DNA of 64,000 nucleotides, taken from an uncultured Gammaproteobacteria bacterium. GTDB lineage: Bacteria; Patescibacteriota; Microgenomatia; Daviesbacterales; UBA10151. A program made the position numbers and the translations under genes. Under the pieces are notes generated by a model. That model did not search any database. It was not told the origin of the DNA and worked only from the letters and a program-made list of their open reading frames with translations. The stretch is from NCBI GenBank assembly GCA_964446685.1, contig CAYUPO010000004.1, positions 20,164 to 84,163 on the forward strand. The letters are read 5' to 3'. Shown one piece after another: positions 40,646 to 51,037 of the stretch. Position 1 is the first letter of the stretch. Each line of letters opens with the position of its first letter.

Positions 40646-41140
40646 ATGCATGAAGTAAAATTATGGCATCCAGAATTACCAAACCTTTCTGGAGGTAATG
40701 ATAAGTTAAAAATCGGAGTCGCCTCTGTAGGGAGATTACTCACAATAATATCAGAAGATGCCCCTTCACTTAGACTGGGTGGTTTACCTTCACATCATTT
40801 AAAAAGAATTGCTCAGTATAGCGATCAAACTCCGTTGTGGATGATAAACCATCTGGGAATATCACAACCTGATTATATCGGAAAAAGTAACAATTTTGAT
40901 TTTGATATCCTTTTAAAAGAAAATGAATTTCTTGTAAAAGAACCCGACGAGTACAGACAATCCAGACATCTACAAATGATGGTGCAAGCGATTTTAAGAG
41001 GCGAACTACCACCAAATCGATACACAGATTTAATCCCAGATCAATGGCAAGATCAGATCGCTCAAGAAATAGCTAAATATGATTCAGGTCAAAAAAGATT
41101 CGTTGGACTGAAAGCTAAAGATCTTTTTACAACTACCTAG
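40646..41140 (+). CDS. hypothetical protein
   Basis: 164-aa ORF preceded by promoter, short uORF and terminator hairpin. Confidence 0.6.
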   Translation: MHEVKLWHPELPNLSGGNDKLKIGVASVGRLLTIISEDAPSLRLGGLPSHHLKRIAQYSDQTPLWMINHLGISQPDYIGKSNNFDFDILLKENEFLVKEPDEYRQSRHLQMMVQAILRGELPPNRYTDLIPDQWQDQIAQEIAKYDSGQKRFVGLKAKDLFTTT

Positions 41141-41195
41141 GAAAAAATAGCCATTTTGTGCTAAAATTTACCAGTTCAAGACGTTTAAACAAAAT

Positions 41196-41266
41196 TGCCG
41201 AGTCGTCTAATGGTAGGACGACAGATTCTGGATCTGTCTATTGGGGTTCAAATCCCTGCTCGGCAA
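41196..41266 (+). tRNA. tRNA-Gln (CTG), CCA not encoded
   Basis: Acceptor TGCCGAG/CTCGGCA, anticodon arm ACAGA-TTCTGGA-TCTGT, GGTTCAAATCC T-arm. Confidence 0.95.
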
Positions 41267-41310
41267 CAAGATTAATTTCATAAACTGCAATGAACGAAGT
41301 TCAAGCAGCA

Positions 41311-41392
41311 ACGACAGATTCTGGATCTGTCTACTTCCGCAGGAAGGAGGAGTTTACTCCTCATTGGGGTTCAAATCCCTGCTCGGCAACAA
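41311..41392 (+). repeat. partial duplicate of tRNA-Gln 3' portion interrupted by a 30-nt double hairpin
   Basis: 41311-41333 and 41364-41392 identical to the tRNA locus; insert cttccgcaggaag-gaggagtttactcctc-a. Confidence 0.9.
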
Positions 41393-41507
41393 AGGCTTAT
41401 TTGATCACCATTTGCGAAATTATAGCGATTTTGGGGTTGAGGCTGTGTTAATATACCTCAACTAGATCTTTTGAAATAAAGCATAATTGAACAGCATTTA
41501 TGTGGGA

Positions 41508-41996
41508 TTATATTTTGTTAAACCTTATAAGAGAATCATAAGGTTTAACACCAGTTTCAATTCGTTCAGGGATATCATAAGGTGAGTGAACAACTAAAAA
41601 TTCCAAATTTTTGAACTTTTCTGGCAACTCATGTCCCAGGTTTGTTGAATTTATCCCATTCCATAAATACCAATAACCAACCTTTCCGGACTTATAATCA
41701 ACGAATGCAGATATAAACTCTGGAAATATAAAATCTTTAACTTCGCTATGACCAACAATCTTCCATAAACCTATTTTGATAGCAGCCATCAATCCAGTTA
41801 TTACAGGTGGAAAAAGTTCTTTTCTTGCAATAATGTCTTCAATTGGAATCTGCTCTTCTAAATTGGTAATCAGATCAAAAACTTTTATTAGTGGACCATT
41901 TTTTGAATCCCAAAAGACATATTGTCCAAAAGCCTTTTTATTGTTTGACAAAGGAATTTCAAAAATATCACCCACTTTAATAAATTTATTATTCAT
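41508..41996 (-). CDS. immunity protein, Imm26-like
   Basis: IKVGDIFEIPL......GQ signature; directly after orphan toxin tip. Confidence 0.75.
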   Translation of the reverse strand: MNNKFIKVGDIFEIPLSNNKKAFGQYVFWDSKNGPLIKVFDLITNLEEQIPIEDIIARKELFPPVITGLMAAIKIGLWKIVGHSEVKDFIFPEFISAFVDYKSGKVGYWYLWNGINSTNLGHELPEKFKNLEFLVVHSPYDIPERIETGVKPYDSLIRFNKI

Positions 41997-42003
41997 CGGC
42001 AAA

Positions 42004-42513
42004 TTATAACCCAACTCTATTTAAAATATCACTTCCTTTTGTAACTGATTCATTATATATAGGGTTTTGAGGTGAAATACTGTTGATTTTGTTCAATAAG
42101 TTTCCAAGTCCGCTATTTTCAATTAATACTTGTTCAACTGCTTTAGCATCAGATCTTGTTAATCCGGTTAATCCTGGAATCCCTTGAAGTGATATGCCTT
42201 TAGTTGCTAAATGTTCCGAAGCTCTTCTTGCTAAATCATTAGTGATTCCATAGTAATAAGGAACTCCATTTTTAAGTGCCTGATAAACAGACACTGCTGC
42301 TTTAACCTCATTAGTACAATCACCATCTCTACATGCTGCCGCAGTACAGACGGAGCCAAGTTTTAGAAGTCCTCCAACAAACTGACCTGAAGGATCTGAT
42401 AGATTAATAGGATCAGTATTTGCAAAATTGTACCCATTTTGTGTATTAGGCTGATTAATGATACCTTCAACAGGATCTTTTGAGATAAATCCTCCTATTG
42501 TTGGGTCATAGTA
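42004..42513 (-). pseudogene. orphan Rhs C-terminal cassette with GIY-YIG-like nuclease tip
   Basis: In-frame YYDPTIGGFISKDPVEG...YNFANTDPINLSDPSG followed by VYQ...YYGITN....RASEH...E; no start codon before the core fragment. Confidence 0.85.
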
Positions 42514-42554
42514 GCAGATCTTTGTAAAAATTATAAATACAACACCAATTGGTA

Positions 42555-42866
42555 TCAGTATATATTAAACAATATTATGCCTACAAAAAATGTCAAAAAA
42601 GCAATTATGAAGCTAAACCTTACTGCTAGAATTTCCTTTCTTAATTTATTATTTTTAAGATTTTTAGAAAAAAGATCATGGTAATACATTTCAGATTCTT
42701 CTGTGGTAGTTCGCTTATAATACAAAAAGTCACTAAAACCACTATCAGGCCTTTTGTTTATTTTTCGAAGTTTTTGAAAATACTTTACCGTTGTAACAAA
42801 CAAAAGTAATCCAATACCAAAATAAACAATAAAAAATGTAATTCTTATAGTTAAACTCAGATCCAT
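42555..42866 (-). CDS. putative membrane immunity protein for the Rhs tip
   Basis: 2-TM small ORF immediately downstream of the Rhs gene. Confidence 0.65.
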   Translation of the reverse strand: MDLSLTIRITFFIVYFGIGLLLFVTTVKYFQKLRKINKRPDSGFSDFLYYKRTTTEESEMYYHDLFSKNLKNNKLRKEILAVRFSFIIAFLTFFVGIILFNIY

Positions 42867-42888
42867 ATAATCGCTTTATAAAACTTAT

Positions 42889-45800
42889 TTAGAATAGAAC
42901 AAATAAGGCATCTTTAACAGCCTCTAAAAATGTATATTTAGACGTATACTCAATTCCGGCAGGTTTAACATCAACAGGTAAGGCACCGATTCCTCCACTG
43001 ATTCCCATATTAGTTTGGTTTAACTGCTTAGTAATGGGATCAAAATTACCTTGCCCAGTAACCCCTACACGCACAGGAAAAGGAAGATCAATAGAACCTC
43101 CTGATACTACACTCATTCCATGGAGATCTGACATTTTTGAGGCAGATTTGCTATTTAACCAAGTAATATCTCCTCCTAGTGCAATATTCGGATTTGCACC
43201 AAAACTAACTGATTTTGTAGCCCCAACCTGCCAGTTATCCCCAACACCAATACATCTTTGTGTCGAGACATAGCCTCCTGCACCAGCAGAACAGCTAAAA
43301 CATATACCATTTACGGCTAACCCTGAGGGATCTGACAGATTAACTGGATCACCATTTGCAAAGTTGTATCCATTCTGAGTTTGTGGATTTGTTAAGATTC
43401 CTTCAACTGGATCCTTAGAGATAAAGCCTCCTGTGGCCGGGTCGTAGTACCGGGCTCTCATGAAATAGAGGTTTGTTTTGTCATCCAGATCTTCACCTTT
43501 ATATTGGAAATTAGCTGCTGGACCTCCGGTGAGGGAGTTACCGAAGGCATCATATGTATAAGCCTGAATATTGCTACCACCTGCTCCAACTACAAATCTG
43601 GTATTTCCCAGTCCATCCTCCAGATAGTATTTTCTATCAGAGTATCCATCTTTTCCTTCACTAACAAGCCCTACACCATAAATATAACTTGATGAATTAT
43701 TGTTTACATCAACCGTATACAAAACTTTCGACAAGTCACCCGAATTATCATTCACATATTTTAATACTGTAGTTGCTCCGGCTTTCTCAGCAATTCTATT
43801 ACCTTTTCCATCATAGACATATCCGGCATTCTCTCCAGTTGCTGGATTATTGAAACTGATTAATTTATTTTCAAAGTTGTATCCAAAAGATTTTCCATTG
43901 CCCGCTGTAGTGGAATTGGTTCTATTACCATTGTTATCGTAGGCATAAATAGTGCTTCCCTGGGTCGTCAACTGATTATCATTATTGTATGCATAATTTA
44001 TCTGTTGCCCCTGTTTTGTACTTGTCAGCCGATTTCCAACTTTATCATAAGTGTAGCCAAATGAATTATTGTTTGGGTAAGTTGCAGTTATCAAACGCAT
44101 CAGGTTGTCATAAGCAAATGTTGTTTGAGTATTTTCAGGGGATGTGACCTGATTATATTCAAGTTTAACCTGAGCTCCACCTCCCCATTCAAAATATTCC
44201 ATCACAATATTATGTGTACCTGCTGTTAGATTTTTATATACTGAATAAGTTGTTGGAGACTGTCCTCTCCATCCATCTAATACCTTTTCTCCGTCTATAA
44301 ATAGTCTAACCCCATCATCTCCGGTTGCTTTAAACTGATACATACCTGCAGCAAAATTTTGAGCTTTAGTCCATCTGGCTACAAAGTAATCCGATGTCAA
44401 TGAAGGATCTGGTGAAGATCCATCCCAGTTAAAGTTAATGTTTGCATCATTTCTTGAAAATGTCGGAGCTGTGTTTGGAAAGACAAAACCTGAATCAGTC
44501 GCAACATTCCAATATTGACCGGAAAAACCACTATCTGCTCCTGAGAGCTGAGTCATATCGAACTTAGCCACAGCACCCCAACCATCCTCATAGTATTCCA
44601 TAACTACTGTATGATTACCGGAAGTCAGACTTTTATCAGCAGTATAAGTTGTAGGGCCCTGATTGATCCATTTATCAATAATTCTTTCCCCATCAACATA
44701 CAGTCTAACTCCATCATCAGCAGTCACTTTAAACTGGTACACTCCAGCAGATAAGTTAGCTGTTTTAGTCCACTTTGCCATAAATCGATCAGTATCAATA
44801 AGAGGCTCAGGTGAGTTACCTTGCCAGTCGAAGTTAATAGTTGAATCTGTCCTGGTTAATTGGGGAGTGGTAGACGGTATTGTAAAAGAAGTTCCTGACC
44901 CTAAATTCCAATACTGTCCGGTAAAATTGGTCATTGTTGAAGTTGTAGAAATCTGACTAATATCAAGTTTTGCCAATGCACCCCAAGCGTTTTCGTAGTA
45001 TTCCATAATAATTGTATGGTTACCTGCTGCCAAATTTTTATTTATTGAATAAGTAGTAGGACCTTGGTCAACCCATTTATCAATCACTTTTTCTCCATCT
45101 ATAAATAACCTGACTCCATCATCTCCAGTTACGCTAAATTGATAATTTCCGGCAGTCAGATTGGTTGTCTTAGTCCATCTGGCTACAAAGTTGTCTACAT
45201 TAATACCAGCTGCCGGAGAATTTCCTCCCCAATCAAAGTTCACCGTTGTATCAGTTCTGGTGAGATTTGGTGTAGTAGTTGGAATTACCGGATTACTTCC
45301 TGCAGGTACATTCCAGTATTGACCTGTAAATCCCGTAATTGTTGCCTCAAGTTGCGTTACCTCCAATTTAGCGACAGCATCTCCACCATTCTCATAATAT
45401 TCCATTATCACCGTGTGATTACCAGCAGTTAGATTTTTTTCAATTGTTTCTGATGTAGTACCCTGGTCAACCCATTTATTAATAACCTGTTGCCCATCTA
45501 TAAACAACCTAAAACCATCATCACCGGTAACTTTAAAACTATAATTCCCGGCTGCAAAATTTGCTGTTTTCGTCCAGCGAGCAACAAAATTATCAGTATT
45601 AATCGGTGATCCAGGTGTTCCCCCTGCCCAGTTAAAGTTAACCGTGTTATCAGTTCGGGATAATTGCGCGCTAGTTGAAGGAATTGCCGGACTACCACCA
45701 CCTGCTGTATTCCAGTACTGAGCAGAAAAGTCTTTTAGTTCAAAAACCCCAGAGGGAGGGGGAGTTGATAGGCTTGTAGGTATTACTGTTGCATCCAGTA

Positions 45801-48800
45801 ATGAATTTTCGGTAACGGCTGTGATATTTCCAAGATTATTTCTAGTGTAATTAAATTTTGCCAGTGCAATATTTCCCTGTAGATGAGAAACTTCAGTTAT
45901 TTTATTGGCATTATCATATTGGTAATTTGTTTTTATTCCATTTGGATAAGTTCTTGAAGACAAGGTACTATTTTTATTATATTGATAATTAGTCTGCCCA
46001 CCGTTCCAATCATTTATATTGAGTAATCTTCCAGATCCATCATAATTATAAGAAACAGATCGGCTATCCGGATAAGTTATCTTGGTCAGATTATTCGCCA
46101 TATCATATTCATATTGAACCATAGCATTATTTGAATCCTTAGCAGAAATTAAACGATCAAAGACATCATAGGTATATGTTGTTGTTCCTGAAGGATCTAT
46201 CATCGTCAGAAGATTGCCCCGGTTATCATATGTGTATGAAATATTTGTTGTGTTAGGATAGTTTATTTTTTTCAGTCTATTTAGACTGTCATATTCATAA
46301 GTTGTAGTTTGGTTGTTACTATCTATTCTTTTGCTGATATTTCCCACCTGATCATATTCCCATTTCATTACTTTCCCCAAAGGAGTCGTGCTCTGAGTTC
46401 GCTGATTTAATTTGTCATATGCAAATTGAGTAGTTCTGTTTAAAGCGTCTTGCTTGGAAGTTATATTCTGGTATTGATCATATCCATAATTTGTTACTCC
46501 ACTTAGCGCGTCGGTCACTGAATTAAGACTTTGGTTCGCGTTATAACTTAACTGCGTTGAAGAATTATTAGGCTCAGTTATCCTGATTAATTTATTCTCA
46601 GCATTAAATACATTTGTAGTTGTTCCCAAAGAAGTAACAGAAGTCAGCAGATTATTATTGTTATCATATGTAAACGCTGTGGTTTTATTATCAGGGTCTT
46701 TGACCAAAGTTAACCTACCCAAAGTGTCATATGTATAGGTTGTAATATTTGACTGGGGATCTACAGAAGTCAAAATATTATTTAAGCTATCTCTTGTATA
46801 TGCTGCTGTTTTATTAAGCGGATCTGTTACACCAATTAATTGTCCTTTTGGATTGTATGAATATTTAGTGACTTTTGATCCCTCAGTTGTCTGCACCAAA
46901 TTGCCTGCTTGGTCATAACTATAGCTGGTAATTTTATTTCCACTATATCTTTGGTCAGTTGTTTTTGTTACATTATTTTTCACGTCATATTCAAAATTAA
47001 CACTAACCCCTGCAGGATCTTTTTTAGAAACAACATTTCCATTTGCATCATAATTAAAAGTAGAAATGTTTCCTTTTTTATCCTTTACAGTGAGAGGAGC
47101 GAACTCCGTTCCGTAGGTATATTCCTGTGCGTTATTTAAAGCATCCTGCTCTTTAAGAACTCTTACTTTATTATCAAAAATAGTCTTTCCCACCCGACCT
47201 TGATTATCTGATGAAGTAACAGTATTGGTAGTATTATCATAAGCGTATGTAACTATTTTTCCGTTAGCATCTTTTTGTGTGAGTAGCCGACCATCAGCAT
47301 TATAAGTATTAGTCAACACTAGCTGATTTAATCGATTAGTAATGGTTAGTAAACGATTATTGCTATCGTAAGCATATTTTGTTGCGCTACCTTTTGGATC
47401 ATTGACTGAAGTTAAGTTTCCTAAAGAGTCATAACCATAAGTTGTAACTCTTCCAGCCCAATCAGTAATAATATTTACTAATCCAGTAGTTGCGTTATAA
47501 GCCAAATTCAAATAATGGTTATTATCATCTTTTATCTGTGTCAGCTTACTATTACCGTCATAATAATAACTAATTTTATTCCCATTTTTATCTTTAATCT
47601 GTGTTAGTTTAAGTGAGGCATCAAAAATATACTCTGTTTGATCTATTGTTCTGGCAAAGTAACTTCCATCAGGCTTAATAAAAAATTTAGTATGAAAAGC
47701 AGGGTCTAAGGCAGTGTATTCACCACCACAATATCGATACTCAAATGTTTCTCTTTTACCATCCTGAAATGTTAAAGCAACTTTTCTATATCCATAGCCT
47801 TCATTTGGGCATCCAAGTTTTTCATCCCAACCCCAGTATGTTTGAGTCAAACTAGCTGGAAATAAATCCCATCCATTACCTATACTATTTTGAGCACTAC
47901 TATAAGAATTATATGCTCTGTTCAACTGCAATGATAAATCATTACTAACAGAAGTTGAAAAATCAGAAACTGCGGTAGAATACGATCCTACACTTCTAAA
48001 CGCCTCCGCTTCCACTGCAACTGAATCATAAGTTTGACCATTGCTGACAAAAGTCCAATGAACATCTTCTTTATTAACTGACTGAGATTGAGAAGCACTT
48101 TTTAAAGTACTAGCCATCCCAGAATCAGCAATATACGTATTGGCAGTTGAGAAATCCGCACCACCGCTAATTTGAGTATCGGTATTCCCTTGAGTCACCC
48201 ACGGAGTATATAAACGTGGTTTAGTTCGGGCCGTAGGATTATAGTTTGGCTGATAATTCTTTGCCCATTCAAAATTATTAGCAATTCCGGCATCTTTGAT
48301 CCATTTAATAACTCCAACAATTTGAGACAACTGTTTCGTTTGTAAATATGATGGTGATTCCTTAGCAAATTCATCATAAAGATCAGTTTGCTGTTGAGCA
48401 AAAGCAATCGCTGCATTGTTCCACTGTGGTGAGTTAGCTGCACTTGTTGGTTCTGTTAAAATCTGCATTTTAACTTGATCAAAAATAAAAGATTTTGACA
48501 CATCATCTTTTTTCAAACTTACTAGTTTTGGTGTAATCCACCATCTAGATCCTGGTGATCCAGAAGTAATTCCATTCTCTTGATATCTTTGCCAAAAAGA
48601 TTTGTAGCCTGCTACAGTAGATACAAGTACAGAACCATCAGCATTATAACCTTGACTATATTGTTTCATTTTATAATCAGCATCAAGAATAGTTTGCCCA
48701 AATTTAGTATCTTCTAAACCATCACTAAATATGACCTGCATTGGTTGAGTACGATTAGTATCATTGACTTGCGTTTCAAGACTTACAAATGGAATTGCAT

Positions 48801-49161
48801 TATTAAAAATAAGCGACCTAATAGTTACGGCTAAATCATCTTTATTAAACTTTGGTGCAGATGTATTTGTTTTTCCAATAAAAACAATTCGGTCAAGAGT
48901 ACTATCGTAATAAGCTCCAGTATACTCTGACATATTTGCCAAAAATGTAGCCGCTTGGTTTAATGCAACTCCTCCCGGTCTGACACCTGGAGCACCAACT
49001 GCTCCCCCTACTCCTCCACATGACTGAGCATTTACTGAAGAAGGACTTATTGAAAGCAACAAGTAATTTGAAATTGAAGTTAAAGTCAGAACCAATATCA
49101 AGGAAAGTGAAATAGTAGAATTAAAAACTTTGCTTAATTTACTGCTTTTTTTATTTATCAT
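42889..49161 (-). CDS. secreted Rhs/YD-repeat protein with four inserted PA14 domains and a Gly-rich C-terminal tip
   Basis: Signal-like N-terminus, YD repeats, four F.GQYWN/INFDW/DDGVRL/MEYYE units, RARYYDP..G.FIS.DP and DPVNLSDPSG core. Confidence 0.93.
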   Translation of the reverse strand: MINKKSSKLSKVFNSTISLSLILVLTLTSISNYLLLSISPSSVNAQSCGGVGGAVGAPGVRPGGVALNQAATFLANMSEYTGAYYDSTLDRIVFIGKTNTSAPKFNKDDLAVTIRSLIFNNAIPFVSLETQVNDTNRTQPMQVIFSDGLEDTKFGQTILDADYKMKQYSQGYNADGSVLVSTVAGYKSFWQRYQENGITSGSPGSRWWITPKLVSLKKDDVSKSFIFDQVKMQILTEPTSAANSPQWNNAAIAFAQQQTDLYDEFAKESPSYLQTKQLSQIVGVIKWIKDAGIANNFEWAKNYQPNYNPTARTKPRLYTPWVTQGNTDTQISGGADFSTANTYIADSGMASTLKSASQSQSVNKEDVHWTFVSNGQTYDSVAVEAEAFRSVGSYSTAVSDFSTSVSNDLSLQLNRAYNSYSSAQNSIGNGWDLFPASLTQTYWGWDEKLGCPNEGYGYRKVALTFQDGKRETFEYRYCGGEYTALDPAFHTKFFIKPDGSYFARTIDQTEYIFDASLKLTQIKDKNGNKISYYYDGNSKLTQIKDDNNHYLNLAYNATTGLVNIITDWAGRVTTYGYDSLGNLTSVNDPKGSATKYAYDSNNRLLTITNRLNQLVLTNTYNADGRLLTQKDANGKIVTYAYDNTTNTVTSSDNQGRVGKTIFDNKVRVLKEQDALNNAQEYTYGTEFAPLTVKDKKGNISTFNYDANGNVVSKKDPAGVSVNFEYDVKNNVTKTTDQRYSGNKITSYSYDQAGNLVQTTEGSKVTKYSYNPKGQLIGVTDPLNKTAAYTRDSLNNILTSVDPQSNITTYTYDTLGRLTLVKDPDNKTTAFTYDNNNNLLTSVTSLGTTTNVFNAENKLIRITEPNNSSTQLSYNANQSLNSVTDALSGVTNYGYDQYQNITSKQDALNRTTQFAYDKLNQRTQSTTPLGKVMKWEYDQVGNISKRIDSNNQTTTYEYDSLNRLKKINYPNTTNISYTYDNRGNLLTMIDPSGTTTYTYDVFDRLISAKDSNNAMVQYEYDMANNLTKITYPDSRSVSYNYDGSGRLLNINDWNGGQTNYQYNKNSTLSSRTYPNGIKTNYQYDNANKITEVSHLQGNIALAKFNYTRNNLGNITAVTENSLLDATVIPTSLSTPPPSGVFELKDFSAQYWNTAGGGSPAIPSTSAQLSRTDNTVNFNWAGGTPGSPINTDNFVARWTKTANFAAGNYSFKVTGDDGFRLFIDGQQVINKWVDQGTTSETIEKNLTAGNHTVIMEYYENGGDAVAKLEVTQLEATITGFTGQYWNVPAGSNPVIPTTTPNLTRTDTTVNFDWGGNSPAAGINVDNFVARWTKTTNLTAGNYQFSVTGDDGVRLFIDGEKVIDKWVDQGPTTYSINKNLAAGNHTIIMEYYENAWGALAKLDISQISTTSTMTNFTGQYWNLGSGTSFTIPSTTPQLTRTDSTINFDWQGNSPEPLIDTDRFMAKWTKTANLSAGVYQFKVTADDGVRLYVDGERIIDKWINQGPTTYTADKSLTSGNHTVVMEYYEDGWGAVAKFDMTQLSGADSGFSGQYWNVATDSGFVFPNTAPTFSRNDANINFNWDGSSPDPSLTSDYFVARWTKAQNFAAGMYQFKATGDDGVRLFIDGEKVLDGWRGQSPTTYSVYKNLTAGTHNIVMEYFEWGGGAQVKLEYNQVTSPENTQTTFAYDNLMRLITATYPNNNSFGYTYDKVGNRLTSTKQGQQINYAYNNDNQLTTQGSTIYAYDNNGNRTNSTTAGNGKSFGYNFENKLISFNNPATGENAGYVYDGKGNRIAEKAGATTVLKYVNDNSGDLSKVLYTVDVNNNSSSYIYGVGLVSEGKDGYSDRKYYLEDGLGNTRFVVGAGGSNIQAYTYDAFGNSLTGGPAANFQYKGEDLDDKTNLYFMRARYYDPATGGFISKDPVEGILTNPQTQNGYNFANGDPVNLSDPSGLAVNGICFSCSAGAGGYVSTQRCIGVGDNWQVGATKSVSFGANPNIALGGDITWLNSKSASKMSDLHGMSVVSGGSIDLPFPVRVGVTGQGNFDPITKQLNQTNMGISGGIGALPVDVKPAGIEYTSKYTFLEAVKDALFVLF

Positions 49162-49864
49162 TTTTTAATCCAACTTCCTGAGCAGATGCAGATGAACTAG
49201 ACACTGCTGTATTTTTTTCTTTAGTTGGAGACGATGCTTCTTTATCTTTTACTTTTAGTGATGTTAATGATTCCTTTTTTTGTGATTTTTTAATCTTCTT
49301 AACCTTCTTGGGGCTTTCAGCCATCTTTTTCTGTTTATTATCTTCTAAAGTTCCCTGGGAAGAGAGTTCGTCATTTACAGTTTTTTTGACTGATAAATTA
49401 TCTTCTTCTTCAATAAAATTTAATTTTGCATCAAAACTTATCACTTGCTTTGAATTTGGTAGAACATATATATTAGGAAGTTCTAAAGTTGTGTTATCAA
49501 TTCCAGTTACTCCCTGAACATTGTGAATAAAATGAATAGCATCTCGTCTGATATTAGTTTTGAGTTTAGAAAAAGGATAAGGCTTATCAGTGCCATTGGA
49601 AAGAACAAATGAAAAACGAACTGTATCCCCACCATCCATCTCACCATTATTATTTAAATCACCCTTTTCAGTTAGCTGAATATCTGAAGTTATTTCTATT
49701 TTAGAATCATCAACTCCTTTTGGAGTCTTTTCACTTCCTAAAAGTTTTTTTCCAGATTCTATAAGATCATCAAAGGTAAGAGCTTGAGCAATTGAGGCAG
49801 AGAAAGACAGGAAAACAAGAAGTGCTAGGATAAGAACTATTTTTAAATTTTTAAATTTGCCCAT
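49151..49864 (-). CDS. secreted accessory protein translationally coupled to the Rhs gene
   Basis: Signal peptide; DLNNNG..DGGDTVRFSFVLSN Ig/DUF11-like segment; overlaps Rhs start. Confidence 0.7.
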   Translation of the reverse strand: MGKFKNLKIVLILALLVFLSFSASIAQALTFDDLIESGKKLLGSEKTPKGVDDSKIEITSDIQLTEKGDLNNNGEMDGGDTVRFSFVLSNGTDKPYPFSKLKTNIRRDAIHFIHNVQGVTGIDNTTLELPNIYVLPNSKQVISFDAKLNFIEEEDNLSVKKTVNDELSSQGTLEDNKQKKMAESPKKVKKIKKSQKKESLTSLKVKDKEASSPTKEKNTAVSSSSASAQEVGLKNDK

Positions 49865-49921
49865 TAAGATTTTATGGTTCAGTGAATAATAACAAAGTTG
49901 ATTTAATTGTCAATACATCAT

Positions 49922-49958
49922 AAAAACCACGGGCTTTCGCTCCGTGGTTTCATTTTTT
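49922..49958. terminator. bidirectional terminator hairpin
   Basis: aaaaccacgg-gctttcgct-ccgtggtttt. Confidence 0.7.
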
Positions 49959-49996
49959 CTGTCTGAAGTCCGTCCTCATCAAACAAATTTTATTTT

Positions 49997-50305
49997 TTAT
50001 TTAGAAACTATTTTTTTAACTTCCTCAGTTGTCTCCTCAGCTTTTCCTTCTAGTTGAGCTGTTGCTTCATCTTTCATGCTAGCAGCATATTCTTTGGCTT
50101 TTTCACCAACAGCTTTTGCAACTTCATGAGCTTTCTGATTTATTTTTTCATCTTTCATTGCCATTGCTCCGGCAACTCCCAGACCTGCTCCGACTATTGC
50201 ACCGGCAACACCAGCCACAACAGGATTAATATCAGAATGATCATTTTTAGCAGAATTTTTTTGTCCCTGTTTATTATGATTTTGTGTATTTGAATTATTT
50301 TGCAT
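49997..50305 (-). CDS. YtxH-like small membrane-anchored stress protein
   Basis: GAIVGAGLGVAG followed by charged helix; strong SD. Confidence 0.65.
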   Translation of the reverse strand: MQNNSNTQNHNKQGQKNSAKNDHSDINPVVAGVAGAIVGAGLGVAGAMAMKDEKINQKAHEVAKAVGEKAKEYAASMKDEATAQLEGKAEETTEEVKKIVSK

Positions 50306-50391
50306 CTTTCTCCTCCTTCCTTTAGTAAAAATATTGTAGGGTTACAAAGTATGAAGAAGACATTAACAATGATAGAGTTATGTAAAGTTGA

Positions 50392-51024
50392 TTAGCTGAT
50401 ACTAATTCTATTTCTAGCAAAGATAGAACCAAGCCAGGTATGCGGATTACCATCCCAGCACCAACCTAACTTAGCCTGGTTTGCACTGATCCAAAATGCC
50501 GGCACTCTTTGGTCTCCAGAGCGTGATGCCAGTAGGGAAAAACATTTATTTTTTTCTAAAATTTCCGGAAAATGTGTCATTACCGCAATCCCTTCATCGA
50601 TTGTTAAAGGAGTATTTTCATTTTTTAAAATTTCAATTAAAGCATCCTGCGGACGGATATTTAAATACTGCTCCCCTCTATTGATATTAGTTAATAAATA
50701 TATTTCCCCCGGAATACTGACTTTATCTGATGGAATAAATTTTTCAATATCTACTGGAAATAAATTTAAAATCGGACTTTTTCCTTTGTACTCAATTTTA
50801 TCCAGTCTCTCTTTTACATCAATTAAACTATTTGTCACCACTATCACAAAAGGAATCAATCCTTTCTCCAGATCATATTCAGTATTTTGTAATTGACCAA
50901 GTTTATCTTTTAACTGCTCAAATTTATTTATAAACTGGTTTTGATTTAATCCGGCTAACTTCGGGTAACCTTTACTAATTAAGTTATTTATCTGTCTGTC
51001 AAATTCTTTATTTAATTCTTCCAT
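50392..51024 (-). CDS. DUF5701-like protein
   Basis: PLTIDEG, CFSL.ASR..D.RVPA.W, KLGWCW.GNPHTWLG. Confidence 0.7.
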   Translation of the reverse strand: MEELNKEFDRQINNLISKGYPKLAGLNQNQFINKFEQLKDKLGQLQNTEYDLEKGLIPFVIVVTNSLIDVKERLDKIEYKGKSPILNLFPVDIEKFIPSDKVSIPGEIYLLTNINRGEQYLNIRPQDALIEILKNENTPLTIDEGIAVMTHFPEILEKNKCFSLLASRSGDQRVPAFWISANQAKLGWCWDGNPHTWLGSIFARNRISIS

Positions 51025-51037
51025 TTTTATTTCCCTT

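Noticed and set aside
41241-41465. 74-aa ORF with repeated GFKSLLGNK
   Set aside because: Artefact of the tRNA duplication.
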